Of a DNA stretch of 64,000 nt, positions 14,754 to 29,215 are shown piece after piece. The notes beneath the pieces were generated by a model. That model had not been told where the DNA came from and made no database searches. It saw nothing but the letters and a program-made list of their open reading frames with translations. Both the position numbers and the translations under genes were made by a program. Within the stretch, counting starts at the first letter, position 1, and each line of letters starts with the position of its first letter. Source of the DNA: Felis catus (taxonomy: Eukaryota); contig NC_058373.1 in NCBI RefSeq assembly GCF_018350175.1, forward strand, positions 113,028,001-113,092,000, given 5' to 3'.

Positions 14754-16609
14754 AAGATGCCATCTTAGCTATGGTTAAATTCTAGCTGTTTATTAAGTTT
14801 TATTTAGCTCTGGGTCACAGCTTCTTAGCCTATCTGATTGACAGTTTTGACTCTCCGGTTTTATCCCCCCATTATTTGCTGCTTTAGATTATTTCCTATT
14901 TTAGATTACTAAAGAGCATATCTGTTTATTTTATAAGGACTAAACCTGTTTTGATTGGGGGGAAAAGATAAGGAACCTCAGGAATCAGCTGAAGACCTAT
15001 TCGAATCTATGAAAAAATTTAACTGTTAAGTAGTAGGTTATAAGATACGTGTATAAGAAGTAGTAGCTTTTCTGCAAACCTTACATGAAGAAAACTAACA
15101 AAAAAGACTTAAGCTGAGAGGGTTTTTCCCATGTGACTGAGTATGAGACAGGTAGTATCCACTGTAGGTTTTTCCCAGACTTGTATACAGGTGTAGTTTC
15201 AGTCAGAATCTCAATAGGACTTTTCTTTTTTGCAGAAATGGGAGACACTGGGAAGTACCTTGAAAAGTGATTCTGTAACTCATTTTGAATGGTTAAAAGA
15301 CATTTTTGAAAAAGTAACGAGCAAGTACTTGTATTATCAATATGAGGAAAGACTGTAATGCTACTGTAATAAGATATTGTGGTTCTGATTAGACCAGTGG
15401 ACTAGAAACAGATCATTATATGTAAGAATTTGGTGGTGTCATACATCAGTGGAACAGGAAGGATTATTCAGTAGATGGTATTACAATAATTGTTAACCAC
15501 TTGGAAGAAAAAAATTGAAGTTAAAGTTTCCCCCTCAAATTTCTACCAAGTAAATTTCAGATAGGTCAAAGTTAATTATGAAGTAGAAACCAAAAGAAAT
15601 ATAGGCAGATATTTAATGACCTGGGAGAAGGAGTTTGTAAGTATAGAAACAGTGAAATAATTTTTCTGTAGCAAAGGCTACCATATATACAGCTAACAAA
15701 TGAAAAAATTAAACTGTTGCCAACAAATGTGACATAGTGTATACAAACACATGCATACATCTACCTTATTGGGGGGCAGGGAAGAGACATCTCGTAGTTC
15801 TTAACCATTTTGGGATAACTCCCTCCCAGAAAAATACATGTGCTATATATGCACACTAATAGGCATGCACACACATAATATGTGCCCACAGCTTTCAATA
15901 TAATTTTAGGAGACTCATGTTCACAAGAGTTTTATGAATCACAAAGAAGTGCCTGGTAAAAGTTACTAAATCTCACCCTCTCCATTAAATAAGTTGATTT
16001 TATAGAACTGTAATGTTGAATATTGGGGAAAATATTGCTAATGGGATGTAAATTAAATTAGTAAAACTTCCCTGGAATGCTGTTTGGTCTTTAAAAGGTC
16101 AGAATCTCACTTAAAAATTCTATTTCTAGGAGTTATTTTAGGAAAACATCAGAATCTCAGACAAATTTGTATTCAGCAATCGTTATGTACTGAAATGCTT
16201 ATTACGTATAGTAGCAAAAAATTGGAGGGAAGCAACCTGAATGCTTAACTTTAGTGTAATGGAGCAATTATATATAATGTTTTTAAAAGACTGGTGATGT
16301 AGGAAAATAATTAAAAAGTACTGTTTAAAAAGGAAATGATCTAAGATGTTAAAAAAAGTTTCTAGATGATGGGACTATTGGTTTTAAATTTATTCATGTC
16401 TGTATTCCTACTCATTTATTTTTGTCATATGTATTAGTTTTATACTTAAAACACTTTTGAAAAAATGTTACTCTATTTTGTATAATTTGTAGAGTTCTGC
16501 TTAAAAATGACAGTGAATTAACTCAAAAATACATACAAGGAGTTTTTTTGAGAACTTTTTTTTGAGAAATTGTTATTGGTTCAAGAAAGTTTATCTTAAA
16601 ATATGTTGA

Positions 16610-16903
<294 letters not shown>

Positions 16904-17333
16904 TAATTGTTAGCGATAGTAAGGCAGTATTATTGGAAAATACCGATGTGAATATAAGGCTTGTTTGAATTAATTACTACTGATCACATGTTACTAATTT
17001 ATTGTGTTAGGAAAAATTTGCCAAATGCATTTTATCCTGAAAAAATACGTACTTAGTTCAGAGTCAGAGCTCTGTTTCATGAAAAGAAGTTCTAGTTTTA
17101 TATATAAAATTATGTTTACATAGTGAGAGAAATATTTGTCTAAATTACTAAAGGGAAGTGTTTTAGTACTTTTATAAATGTATAGTTTTAAGCATTATAC
17201 ATTATAAACTGAGGTGAGTACTAATGAGATAAAATTCTGTCTGATAATCAGGTGTCATAAATATATAACTTCTGAAATTTGTTGCGTGTAGATACTTCGA
17301 AGTTTTTCCTCTTTAAAAACTATAGAAGCTCGA

Positions 17334-17560
17334 GGGGCGCCTGGGTGGCGCAGTCGGTTAAGCGACCGACTTCAGCCAGGTCACGATCTCGCGGTCCGTG
17401 AGTTCGAGCCCCGCGTCAGGCTCTGGGCTGATGGCTCGGAGCCTGGAGCCTGTTTCCGATTCTGTGTCTCCCTCTCTCTCTGCCCCTCCCCCGTTCATGC
17501 TCTGTCTCTCTCTGTCCCAAAAATAAATAAAAACGTTGAAAAAAAAAAAAAAAAAAAAAA
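17334..17560 (+). mobile_element. Young SINEC_Fc-type CanSINE
   Basis: CpG-intact, long A tail, TSD aaaaactatagaagctc. Confidence 0.95.
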
Positions 17561-17712
17561 ACTATAGAAGCTCCAAAATAATTGAAATTTGATGTACAGT
17601 GAGACATTCTCTTGTTAACATGCTGACTTTGAAGTTCTAGTTTCTACTGTTTGTTGGTGTTGATGTTCAGTGTTAATGTATTCTGCAAACATCTTTTGAA
17701 CTGAAGGTTTTA

Positions 17713-17867
17713 GGGGCACCTGGGTGGCTCAGTCAGTTAAGTGTCTGACTTGATTTCAGCTCAGGTCATGATACCAGGGTTGTGTGATATAGCCCCACGT
17801 CAGGCTCCACACTTGAGCGCGGAGCCTGCTTAAGATTTTTCTCTCTGTCTAGAAATAAAATAATAAA
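17713..17867 (+). mobile_element. CanSINE
   Basis: TSD tgaaggtttta. Confidence 0.88.
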
Positions 17868-18605
17868 TTGAAGGTTTTAAAAAGATATAAATAAGTCATT
17901 TCTTGTTTTGGGGGGTTAGAATTCTGTCATTATAGGATTTTAAGTTATTTTGATATTATGAAAACTAATAATTCTGGAAGCCCATCAAGTAAATCTATTT
18001 GATTAAACCCAGACACTAGACAGAAAATGGGCTCTGGGGAAGAGTAGTACTTTCAGAACTACAGACCTATAAAATACCTTAGGAGGCATTTTTTTCAGAT
18101 GAGCACAGAATGTATTTTATTTATTTAGGTGCATACAGTGGACAAGAGTAACTGAGAGAAGTCTATTATTACCCAGGGCAGGAGAGTGTGACCTAAGGTC
18201 CTGTTCCTAGAGAGGAAGTTTTCTGTCCACTCGAATTTAAAAGAGCTAGTTGAAACTCATTCTTTGTCCTCATCTTTCATTATTGAAATTAAATATGAAA
18301 TTAAAATTTAAAATTTTTAATTAAAAAATTATCTCTGCGGTTTTACTTATTATAGTTTAAATGGTTTTTCTGAAAATTACTTTCCTTGCAGAGATCAAAA
18401 TAACCGACATTACTTTGATTTTATTTACTCACAAATACAGCGTAACTTTCATTGTATAGGTTTGGGAGGAATGCATGATAAATAATTATAATCATTCTTT
18501 TCTCTGTCTTATTGGGCCTTTGTTTGTTGAATGGAACAATGGGTGGGAAAGAGAATGAAATAAGCAGGAGAGATCAGAATTGTTCCAATTAAAGAAAGTG
18601 ACACA

Positions 18606-18824
18606 GGGGCGCCTGGGTGGCGCAGTCGGTTAAGCGTCCGACTTCAGCCAGGTCACGATCTCGCGGTCCGTGAGTTCGAGCCCCGCGTCGGGCTCTGGGC
18701 TGATGGCTCAGAGCCTGGAGCCTGTTTCTGATTCTGTGTCTCCCTCTCTGTCTGCCCCTCGCCCGTTCATGCTCTGTCTCTCTCTGTCCCAAAAATAAAA
18801 TAAAAAACGTTGAAAAAAAAAAAA
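18606..18824 (+). mobile_element. Young SINEC_Fc-type CanSINE
   Basis: TSD aaagaaagtgacaca. Confidence 0.95.
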
Positions 18825-19989
18825 AGAAAGTGACACAGACAACAGAAAGGGTGAAAAGAAATAGGAATAAAAAAGGCATACATAGCTTAAAAAGTTTTAG
18901 GAGTTGAGTGAGACAAAGAACTAGAAGTGGCTTAAAGAGTAAATGCTTTGGGAGAGAAAGGGTTGAGGACTTTAAAAAATTAATCTGAAAATTAGTTTTA
19001 AGATAACTAACGTATTTACATGATTCATAGTTCTAAAAGTGCCATAGCAAGGAGACTTTCTGAACGTTTACTTTCACATCCTTACAGTATCTTCAGTAAC
19101 ACTTGAGATTGTGTTGCTTTGGTGGTGGTAAGATATGTGGGTGATAGTTATCTTGGACTGAGACTGTTCTTAAAATGAGTACAAACTGATGAATCTAGTC
19201 AGTGTGTCACAATGTGTGTGGTTGTACTGCAGTGTAAATAACTTTCCTGTAGCTGTGCATGCACAACTCTGTGGCAGCCCTGGCTTAGAGTGCATAACAT
19301 TTAAAAAAAGTATATACTCAGAGCTCATCAAAGAAAAGTCTTAAATCTGAAAACAAAATTCTAAAAGTTAAATGGACTCATTCATTGCCTTTATTTTACA
19401 GCTGGAAAAATGTTAGCAGTCACCTAATTCAACCCTTCTGTTTTATATTTCTGGATATTGATAGTGAGGTCAGGTGAGGTTTTGTGAATGGCATAAGACT
19501 AATAACTAGGCTGTTCATACGTCCAATACCTAATGTTCTGCTTTTTAGCATTCGTAATTCCAACTATTTTAATATGCAGTATTTAAAAGAAGAAGTTACT
19601 TCATGCTTTAGTTGTATCACTTTTACATGAAAATTTAAGTAAAAAAATTCAAGGAATATAGTGAAAGAATGTCTTAAAACATTAGGAAGTGTTCTCTGTT
19701 TTTATAGCTCTTTAAAATAGTATTTTTATAGTTTTTTGTGTGTCAGTTAAACACTAAATATTTTAAAACAGATAATAAAATTTATATATTGAATCAAGAT
19801 TAAATCTTTGAAAATATAGGAAATGTATTAATAACCCCACAACAAGTATTTTTGTCATTAAAGTGCTTTTATCAAGAAAAGCTTGAAAACTTGGGTTTCA
19901 TTTAATGAACTTTTTGCTTAGTCCAGTAAAAATGTAAGACAACAGACTAGGAAATAGTATTTTATTTTATTATTTGATTTTGAGATATT

Positions 19990-20500
19990 GAGATATATAC
20001 ATGTGTATACATGTATAAACAAAAACTTGAATCTAAAAGAACTCTCACAAATTAATAAAAAGACTGTTCTTTTTTTTTTTTTTAAGTGGGCAAAGGACTT
20101 GAACAGACACAGAAAGAAAAAATCCAAATGGTCAATAAGTATGAAAAGGTGTTCAGATCATTCCTATCAGAGAAATACAAATTAAAACAAAATGAGATAC
20201 GACTACAGAGACACCAGAATGACTTAAAAAAACAAAAACAAAAAAACTGGCAATATCAAATGTTTGTGAGCTTGTGAAGCAGCTAAAACTCTCATAGAGT
20301 ATAAATTGGTACTACCACTTTGGAAAATGTTTGGCAATATCTACTAAAGCTTAACGTACCTATATATTATGAACCAGCAACTCCACTTCTGGTTACATAC
20401 CTGAGAAAACTGAAAACGTATCCACACAAAGGCTTAGGTACAAATACTGTTTTAGCATTCAGATAATAACTGGAATCAACCCAGATGTCCATTGACCAGT
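19990..20500 (+). mobile_element. Old L1 ORF2 3' fragment
   Basis: KWAKDLNRH motif and gaaccagcaactccacttctgg. Confidence 0.7.
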
Positions 20501-21574
20501 GAAAGTTGAGTTAAGCTATCACTGAGGAAGAACAGTGAATCAATTACAATCTAATGAGAAGTACTGTGATGGCAGTATGAGTAAGGTACCAAGAGCATGT
20601 GATAGATGTACCTGATTCAAGGGGCAGTGATGGGAGGAAGCAAAAATTTTGAAGAAAATTTAAGTTGCTGAATCTTGAAGGATGATTGGGAATTTACCAC
20701 GAAGTCCAAGAAAGAGGAACAGCCATTCCATTGGCAAAGGGTACAAAGATCATAGTGACTGAGAAAGTTTCTGGCATATTTGTTCAACAATGAGTAGAGG
20801 GAAGGATATAGTCTTAAAATTGGAGTCCAGATCCTGAAGGCCAGATAAGCCATATTAATAAGTTTAAATTTAACTTTAACTTATAATGGATCCTTGTTGG
20901 TAAATATTTTTAAATAATTAACTTACACAAATAGATGAAAAGAAAAAACCATAGGATCAACTTGATGATGCAGAAAAGATACCTGAAAATAAATTCAGTA
21001 CCTTTCCCTTGGTGGTGAAAATTCTTAGAAAGCCAGGTACATTTTGTTAAGTTGATAAATAATATCAAATCAATGGGGAGCATCTTGCCTAATGGTGAAA
21101 TACCCACCACATTGCTTTTTAAGCTTGGAACAGGACAATCTACAGACTCTCACCTCTAGTACTAACATTTTTCTGGAGGGACTAGCTACTACAACGATAA
21201 AGTAAAAACATAATAATATATATAATAGTGAAATATAAAGTGGGAGAACAGGGAAACTATGAATTTGTTTCTAATTTCAATAGGTTGAATTAGTTACTTT
21301 CAGAAGCAAAAACATTGGTTTATTTGATATTCAACATGATGCCTATTAAAATATGGATATAATTTGTACACATGCAAACATCCTTTTCAAACATGCATGT
21401 GAGAGATATTGGAAAAAATAAATTATTAAGAAGGCTATCTTTAAGTGGTGGGTGATAGTTAATTTTCTTATTTTGATATTTATGTTTCCCAAATTTAATA
21501 TGAAAAAGTGACTATAAAGAAAAGTTTAAAGCAAAAAACTTAGAAATTGTGTGAGGTCAAGAATGGAGGCATAT

Positions 21575-21790
21575 GGGGCGCCTGGGTGGCACAGTCGGTT
21601 AAGCGTCCGACTTCAGCCAGGTCACGATCTCGCGCTCCGTGAGTTCGAGACCCGCGTCAGGCTCTGGGCTGATGGCTCAGAGCCTGGAGCCTGTTTCCGA
21701 TTCTGTGTCTCCCTCTCTCTCTGCCCCTCCCCCGTTCATGCTCTGTCTCTCTCTGTCCCAAAAATAAATAAACGTTGAAAAAAAAAAAAA
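21575..21790 (+). mobile_element. Young SINEC_Fc-type CanSINE
   Basis: TSD aagaatggaggcata. Confidence 0.95.
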
Positions 21791-22559
21791 AGAATGGAGG
21801 CATAAAGTATGGAGGCTATTGTAATTGTCCAGCTGTAAGATTTTGAGTAGCAGTTGAACATGAAGTGAAGAAATATTTAAATAGAAAACTAATAGGACCT
21901 ATTGTTCCTATATGGAGACTAAAGGTAAAGGAGACATCAAGGAAGACTTCCTGTCCTCTTTTATTGAATTTGTCAAACATTGAATGCAGTTTGCCAGCCA
22001 TTCTGTGAATAGCCAAACAAAGCTGAAAAAGATGAGTTCCATCTATAATGAGCTCAGTCTGGTCCCATCAACAATTTTAAATCAAGTTTGTTCAGACTTC
22101 TGAGTACATGTTATTTAAGCAAATTCAGGTAGCTGGAACAGCTGGCATCATAGGGACCATTCACGGTCATCATAGGGAGACAGCCTGATGCATGCAGGGA
22201 GGAAGCAGCAGTTTGGGGCTGGACCAAAAAAGGTTATGGAGGAGTATGGCATGAGGAGTGCCAGGTGATAGGGCTGGAGAAGAGGCAGAAATCAGATGAT
22301 GCTAAGAATAACACTAAGGAGCTTGGACATGATCTTGTAAGTGACAGCCAACAAAAATTAAAATGTTTATATTTCTGTTTTAGAATTGAAAAAGATATTT
22401 AATGACATAGAAAAATGTTTTTATAATTAATATCAAGTAAAAGTAGTTATTAAATGCTGTTATAAAATTATATAAATAGTATGATCTTATTTCGGTAAAA
22501 CTAAGCGTAAAGGAGATACACCCAGATTTTCCCATAGTTTTGGGGTTTATGGACATATT

Positions 22560-23150
22560 TTTTTGGTAACCAACTTTATTGAGCTATAATTTACATATGC
22601 TTAAAATGGGTACATTTATTGTATAGTTCAGTATGCTTTGACACATGATCTACACCTGTGTAATCTATCACTGTGGTCGTTACAGAAGCATCCGTGACTT
22701 TTGCTAAGCTCCCTCGTGGCCCTTTACAGACAGTAACACCTCCTTCCCACTTCCCGGGCCCTAGGCCTTCACTGATCAGTTTTGTTTTTATTTACTAATT
22801 TGCCTTTTCTGAACATTTCATATAAATGGAATAAGATCATATGTAGTCTTTTGTGTCTGACTTCTTTTTCATATTTATCCATGTGTTGCATTTATCAGTA
22901 TTTGTAACGTCTTGCTGAGTAGTAGTATTCCATTGTATGAATATCCCACAATTTGTTTAACCACTCACCTGTTGATATTTGAGTTGTTTCCTGTTTATCA
23001 TTCTGGCAGATGTGTAATGGTATCTCATTTTAGTTTGTATTAACATATAGTGGGCATTTTTTTATAGGCTGTTTCCCTATCTTTTGTAAAATAGCTTGTC
23101 AGAGTTTTTTTTACCACTTAAAAAATCAGATTGTTGGTCTGAGTTGTAAA
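22560..23150 (-). mobile_element. Old L1M-type 3' UTR fragment
   Basis: actttattgag...catttcatataaatggaat...tattccattgtatg signature. Confidence 0.65.
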
Positions 23151-23152
23151 AC

Positions 23153-23357
23153 TTTTTTTTTAAGTTTATTTATTTTTGAGAGAGCACGAGCAGGGGAGGG
23201 GACAGAGAGAGGAGGAGAAAGAGAATCTTAAGCAGGCTGTGCACTGTCAGTGCAGAGCCCAACACAGGGCTCGATCCCATGAACCATGAGATGAGATCAT
23301 GACCCGAGCTGAAGTCAAGAGTCAGATGCTTAAGTGACTGAGCCACACAGGCATCCC
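23153..23357 (-). mobile_element. CanSINE
   Basis: Reverse copy. Confidence 0.88.
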
Positions 23358-23875
23358 AGGAATTACATTATTTAAATGGAAGGAACAGTAGATTTAAAAT
23401 TAGAGACTGGGTTTTAGTACAAGAAAATATAGAATCCTTTGCCAAGTTACATGAAAGAAAAAAATACCAGTAACATCAGGAAAGAAAAAAGCATGAATGC
23501 AAACATAGGAGATTAAAAAATTATAATACAGTTACAGCTTTATGGTGTTAAATGTCCAAGTGCTATGAAGTGGATGGTTCTTTTAAGGAAATATAAATTG
23601 CCAAAGTGATTTAAGGACAGATAACCCAAAAAAGTAGACAAGTAACTATCAATATAGTTAAAATTAAGAAATCAGAAATCCACCTTTAAAAAATCACCAT
23701 GCTCAGGTGATTTTATGTACAAGCTCTATCAAAACATTAAGAAACATAATTCTTGTGTTAAACTGTTTTAACACTTAAGTGTAGGAACATTAGTATAGAA
23801 ATTTAGGAACATTAATATAGAAATGTTAAAATATGAATAACTCACATCTAGAAATGTATTACAATAGTAATTTAT

Positions 23876-24109
23876 TATTAAAACCTTGGATTGTAACTTG
23901 TTCTGTGAGTGTCTTGCAAGCCAGGCAATCATTTCTAATACATTTTAACATAAACAGCAGTCTCTTACAATATGAGTAATAATGTGATGCCAAACATTAC
24001 ATGATCACAACTGAGCCGATGGTTCTTGAAATGTGCTTTGATACATGAGTGCTTTGGTTTACAAGCGGGTTTCCTGAGTGAATTGTGCTCACAGACCAAG
24101 ATTTTACTG
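23876..24109. mobile_element. Tigger-like non-autonomous DNA transposon
   Basis: Imperfect TIRs tattaaaaccttgg / ccaagattttactg (11/14 match). Confidence 0.6.
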
Positions 24110-24487
24110 TGTGCCTAGGTACTGTGCTAAGCAGTTTATATGGATTATCTCAAACTTTGAATGGTAGGTGCCATTTTATAGGTAAGGAAACAAAGGCTAA
24201 AAGAAACTCATCATAATTGTTTCTCCTATGAATGCAAGAATTGCTCCACCTCGAGACTTTTTTAATTACCTGTGCCTGTGGTATTGTAGTTGTTCCATTA
24301 CTCTCATGTAAGCTTATCTCGTTAGTCTGTAACTCTTTAAAGTGTCATCTCTGGTTTAAAATATATAAACATATTTTAAAAGTACAAAGTAGCAAGTAAC
24401 TGCTAAGATAGTTTTTCTTCCCTTATGTAATCATTTTTAGTCTATTTTATAGTACATTGATAGAAACTTCCAAGAAACAAACAGTTT

Positions 24488-24690
24488 GGGACACCTGGGT
24501 GACTCAGTGGGTTGAGTGGCTGTCTGACTCTTGATTTCGGCTCAGGTCATGATCCTAAGGTCATAGGATCAAGCCCCACGTCAGGCTCCACACTGAGAAT
24601 GGAGCCTGCTTAAAATTATCTCCCTCTGCCCCTCTCTCCTGCTTGTACTCTCTCTCTAAAATAAAGATTTAAAAAATTAAAAAAAAAAAA
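24488..24690 (+). mobile_element. CanSINE
   Basis: Head, (CT)n, A tail. Confidence 0.88.
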
Positions 24691-24953
24691 ACAGTTCATT
24701 CATAGTCATAAATACCAAAATCTTTAGTGTATTTTTTTAAATAAAAAACACTGTTAACAATGATAGCAAGATGGAAAACTCTGAGAAAAAATACATTCCT
24801 TTTTTCTCTTATAATTCTTTGTAGTGCTTTCCTTTCTTATAAGTAGATTTTACTAATTTAAATTGTATCTTTTTTTTTTTTTTTTTTTTAAGACTTGTAT
24901 AGATGCTGGTGATGTTTCCTGTAACCTAGGAAAAATAATCTTTTGTTTCTTAG

Positions 24954-25031
24954 GTACAAACTGTTTTGAAGCCAATCCACCAGAAGGAAGGACAAGAATT
25001 AACTGCTTTGCTGAATGCTCCACATATTCAG
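24954..25031 (+). CDS. PALS1: PALS1 coding exon 3 (L27C; VQTVLKP...PHIQ)
   Basis: ttag|GTA acceptor, CAG|gtagaa donor; 78 nt. Confidence 0.96.
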
Positions 25032-25335
25032 GTAGAAAATGAACAGAACCATATGTATGTATATATATATGTGATTTTTCTAGCATTCAAAATCTCTTTG
25101 AATCAAAATCTCTTAGGGCTAGAAAGAACCTCAAACATTATCTGTCCAGCCTGTTTTATTTACACCTCCCACTGCAAAATAAATTACTATGTTGAAATAT
25201 ATATAGAGATATATAATATAGATATTTATTTATTTATATAGTTACTTATTTTTTGGATTATCTATTTTTGTATTTAAAATTAACCACATTAGTTTTGAAA
25301 CAACTTTATATTTTTCACAAAAATTCTTCCCTTTT

Positions 25336-25541
25336 GGGAGTACCTGGGTGGGGGTGGCTCATTCAGTTAAGCATCCGGCTCCTGATTTTATCTCAGGTCA
25401 TGATCTCATGGTTTCTGATTTTGAGCCCCACGTCAGGCTCTGCACTGACAGTGGGAAGCCTCCTTGGGATTCTCTCTTCCTTCCTCCCTCTTTGCCCCTC
25501 CCCTGCTCATGTTCTCTCTAAAAAATAAAGATTTAAAAAAA
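25336..25541 (+). mobile_element. CanSINE
   Basis: TSD aaaaattcttccc. Confidence 0.88.
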
Positions 25542-25638
25542 TTCTTCCCCTTTTTTGGTTATATTTTTCCATAAATTTTAATTTTCTATGGTGTTGGTCC
25601 ATTAAATTGATTTTGTTTTTATGAAGTTTAATAAGCAT

Positions 25639-25854
25639 TTTTTAAATTTTATTTTTTAATGTTTATTCTTGAGAGAGGGAGAGAGAGCGTTAATGGGGGG
25701 AGGGGGGAGAGAGAGGAAGACACAGAATCTGAAGCAGGCTACAGGCTCTGAGCTGTCAGCACAGAGCCTGCCATGGGACTTGAACTCACACACTGCAAGA
25801 TCACGACCTGAGCTGAAGTCGGATGCTTAACCAACTGAGCCACCTGGGTGCCCC
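25639..25854 (-). mobile_element. CanSINE
   Basis: TSD tgaagtttaataagcatttt. Confidence 0.9.
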
Positions 25855-26037
25855 TGAAGTTTAATAAGCATTTTAGACTTTGATAACTCATCGGAGAGTT
25901 ATCCTGTTATACTTAACACATCTTTATTTTTAGCTATAAAAGACACAGGGTTGCATATGTACTTCAGTTAGAAACTTTGGAAACAGATCTGAATAAATAA
26001 TTATAGCACCTCTTTTAAAGGTTTAAATGAGAATATT

Positions 26038-26252
26038 GGGGCTCCTGGGTGGCGCAGTCGGTTAAGCGTCCGACTTCAGCCAGGTCACAATCTCGCGGTC
26101 CGGGAGTTCGAGCCCCGCGTCAGGCTCTGGGCTGATGGCTCGGAGCCTGGAGCCTGTTTCCGATTCTGTGTCTCCCTCTCTCTCTGCTCCTCCCCCGTTC
26201 ATGCTCTGTCTCTCTCTGTCCCAAAAATAAATAAAACGTTGAAAAAAAAAAT
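26038..26252 (+). mobile_element. Young SINEC_Fc-type CanSINE
   Basis: TSD tttaaatgagaatatt. Confidence 0.95.
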
Positions 26253-26321
26253 TTAAATGAGAATATTAATCTACATTATTAGGTTAAAAATCTCTCTACA
26301 GAAATCATGCTGCTACTGTAA

Positions 26322-26510
<189 letters not shown>

Positions 26511-27138
26511 TGATCTGAGATCCTTTCTACACAGAGATCTTCTATATGGCAGATAATTGAAGACCCCTTTACATTTCTGGTAGTTTTTCTTTTTTGAGAT
26601 TGATTTGCTGGAGTTCTTTTATGTTCTTGCTCTTGCTCATGTTCCTTATTCAGTTGAGAAAAATTTGTTCATGTTTTCTTACCTATGATTTGATGAAAAT
26701 AATAGCTTGTAAAATAATTGTTGAGGAACGAAGAAGGGACAAATTATCTGCTTCATTTATTCTCCCAGCTTTTTAAAAAAACAATAATTAGAAATTCTGA
26801 TATTTTCATTCCATTAAATCTTTTGAAATACAGTTACTTATATTTTCCACATATACTTAGAAATATGTATTCTTTAATGTTAATATTAATGTTTTAATTT
26901 TTTTTGTTTTTTAATGTCATATGTAAAACTTTTTTTTCGATCTCTTTTCTAAATCTGCTATCATTGTCTCAATTTTCTTTCTTTTGTTTTCAGAGAAACA
27001 ATGTCTCAAATTACATCTTGAATAGTGTGGTACATAAGTTAGGGACTGTATCTTATGGGCAGTTATGTAATTAGATTTTTTCCCCCCACAGAAAAAGAAA
27101 TTGGGAAAGTTACAAGAAAATTTTAAGTGTTTAGGAGA

Positions 27139-27357
27139 GGGGCACCTGGGCGGCTCAGTTATTTAAGCATCTGACTTCAGCTCAGGTCATGATCTCACAG
27201 TTCCTGGGTTTGAGCCCTGAGTAGGGCTCTGTGCTAACAGCTCAGAGCCTGGAGCCTGCTTCAAATTCTGTGTCTCTCTCTCTCTCTCTCTCTCTGCGCC
27301 TCCCTTGCTTGTCCTCTATCTCTTCCAAAACTAAACATTAAAAAAAAATTTTTTTAA
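27139..27357 (+). mobile_element. CanSINE
   Basis: TSD gtttaggaga. Confidence 0.9.
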
Positions 27358-27990
27358 AGTTTAGGAGAAAAATGTTACGAACTCTGTCTGCTTTTAAGCT
27401 TTTAATCCATATTTCATATTTCCATTTTTTGAGCATATGTATTTCAGTTGTGCTTTCAATTTATGTAATGAATGCTAATGTTTGATACATTTAAATGTGA
27501 GTTGGTTGCAGCTATAATATGTAATGTTTGAATAATCAAGCAGATTATTATTCATCCCTTAATCGTATTTTGAATTTTAAAAAAGGACTTTTATAGTTAC
27601 AAGTCATGTTCACAAAGTACGTCTAAATATAGTATAACCATGAATAGTATCCAGAATCTAGAGAACAAATTTGATTATAGGTCTTCACGTTGTTTTTAAG
27701 TGCATATTTCTGTTGTATACTTCAGAAGTCTGCTTGATTCTAATGAATACATAGTGTGTCTGAAACAAAATGTAAGGAAAATGATGAACTTTCAAAGCTA
27801 ATTACCATGGTTACTCTAGTTGTGTAAGTTAGGTTTGTTTGTTTTTTTTTTTCAAGATAACTGAAAGCTAGTATTGTTGAATAGAAAAAAAATTTAATGA
27901 AGAAATGTTTAACAATAGAAAAAAATTAATGAAGAAATGTTTAACAAAAAGGTGCATTTCTATTTCAAAATTACATACTGCCTTTTTTAG

Positions 27991-28158
<168 letters not shown>

Positions 28159-28180
28159 TAATACAGGAGAATAACTGTTA

Positions 28181-28398
28181 GGTGGACACCTGGGTGGCTC
28201 ACCCAGCTCACCCAGTGTCCGACTTCAGTTTAGATCATGATCTCACGGTTTGTGAGCCCGAGCCCCATGTCGGGCTCTGTGCTGACAGCTCAGAGCCTGG
28301 AGCCTGCTTCAGATTCTGTGTCTCCCTCTCTCTCTGCTCCTCCCCCTCTCATGCTCTGTCTCTGTCTCCTAAAAATAAATAAATGTTAAAAAATAAAA
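28181..28398 (+). mobile_element. CanSINE
   Basis: TSD aactgttag. Confidence 0.88.
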
Positions 28399-28475
28399 AG
28401 AACTGTTAGATTCTTAAAAGCTGTTTCTTTGTAATTAGACTTCAAAATAAAATATTTTAAAAATATTAAAAATTC

Positions 28476-28700
28476 GGGGCGCTTGGGTGGCGCAGTCAGT
28501 TAAGCGTCCGACTTCAGCCAGGTCACGATCTCGCGGTCCGTGAGTTCGAGCCCCGCGTCAGGCTCTGGGCTGATGGCTCAGAGCCTGGAGCCTGTTTCCG
28601 ATTCTGTGTCTCCCTCTCTCTCTGCCCCTCCCCCGTTCATGCTCTGTCTGTCTCTGTCCCAAAAATAAATAAACGTTGAAAAAAAAAATAAAAAAAAAAA
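28476..28700 (+). mobile_element. Young SINEC_Fc-type CanSINE
   Basis: TSD aaaaatattaaaaattc. Confidence 0.95.
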
Positions 28701-29029
28701 ATATTAAAAATTCTTAGACAATTTCTAACTGAATTTTCACATGATATAATTATTTCTGTAATACTTATTAGTAGAGTTTCATTTTGGGGTGGTTACCACT
28801 GATTTTTTTCTTTTTTTGAGCTTTATTAATACTATGTATGTTGCCTCTGAAATCACAATATAACTATTTCTTCAACATATATTTATTGAGTGCCTACCAT
28901 GTGCTAGCCAGTAGGAAAATAATGATAAAACAAAGTCCATACCCTTATCATTTTTAAGTTCTTTTTTTTTTTTTAATTCTCTTCAACTGATTGCTGTTTC
29001 CTTAATGATATTAGGTAATAGTAATGGTA

Positions 29030-29215
29030 TAGATGTACACTGCCCAACATAATAACCACTAGCTCCTGGTGCTAGTTATTTAGATTTAAGTTAAGTAAAA
29101 TTTAAAATTACATTCCTCATTCATATTTGCTGCATTTCAGGTGTTCAAGAGTAGTATATAGCTAATGGCTTCCGTATTAGAACGTTGTAGAAAGTTCTTT
29201 TGGACAGTGCTGGTA
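29030..29215. mobile_element. MER3/MER33-like hAT-Charlie remnant
   Basis: Ends cactgcccaa ... gaaagttcttttggacagtgctg. Confidence 0.6.
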
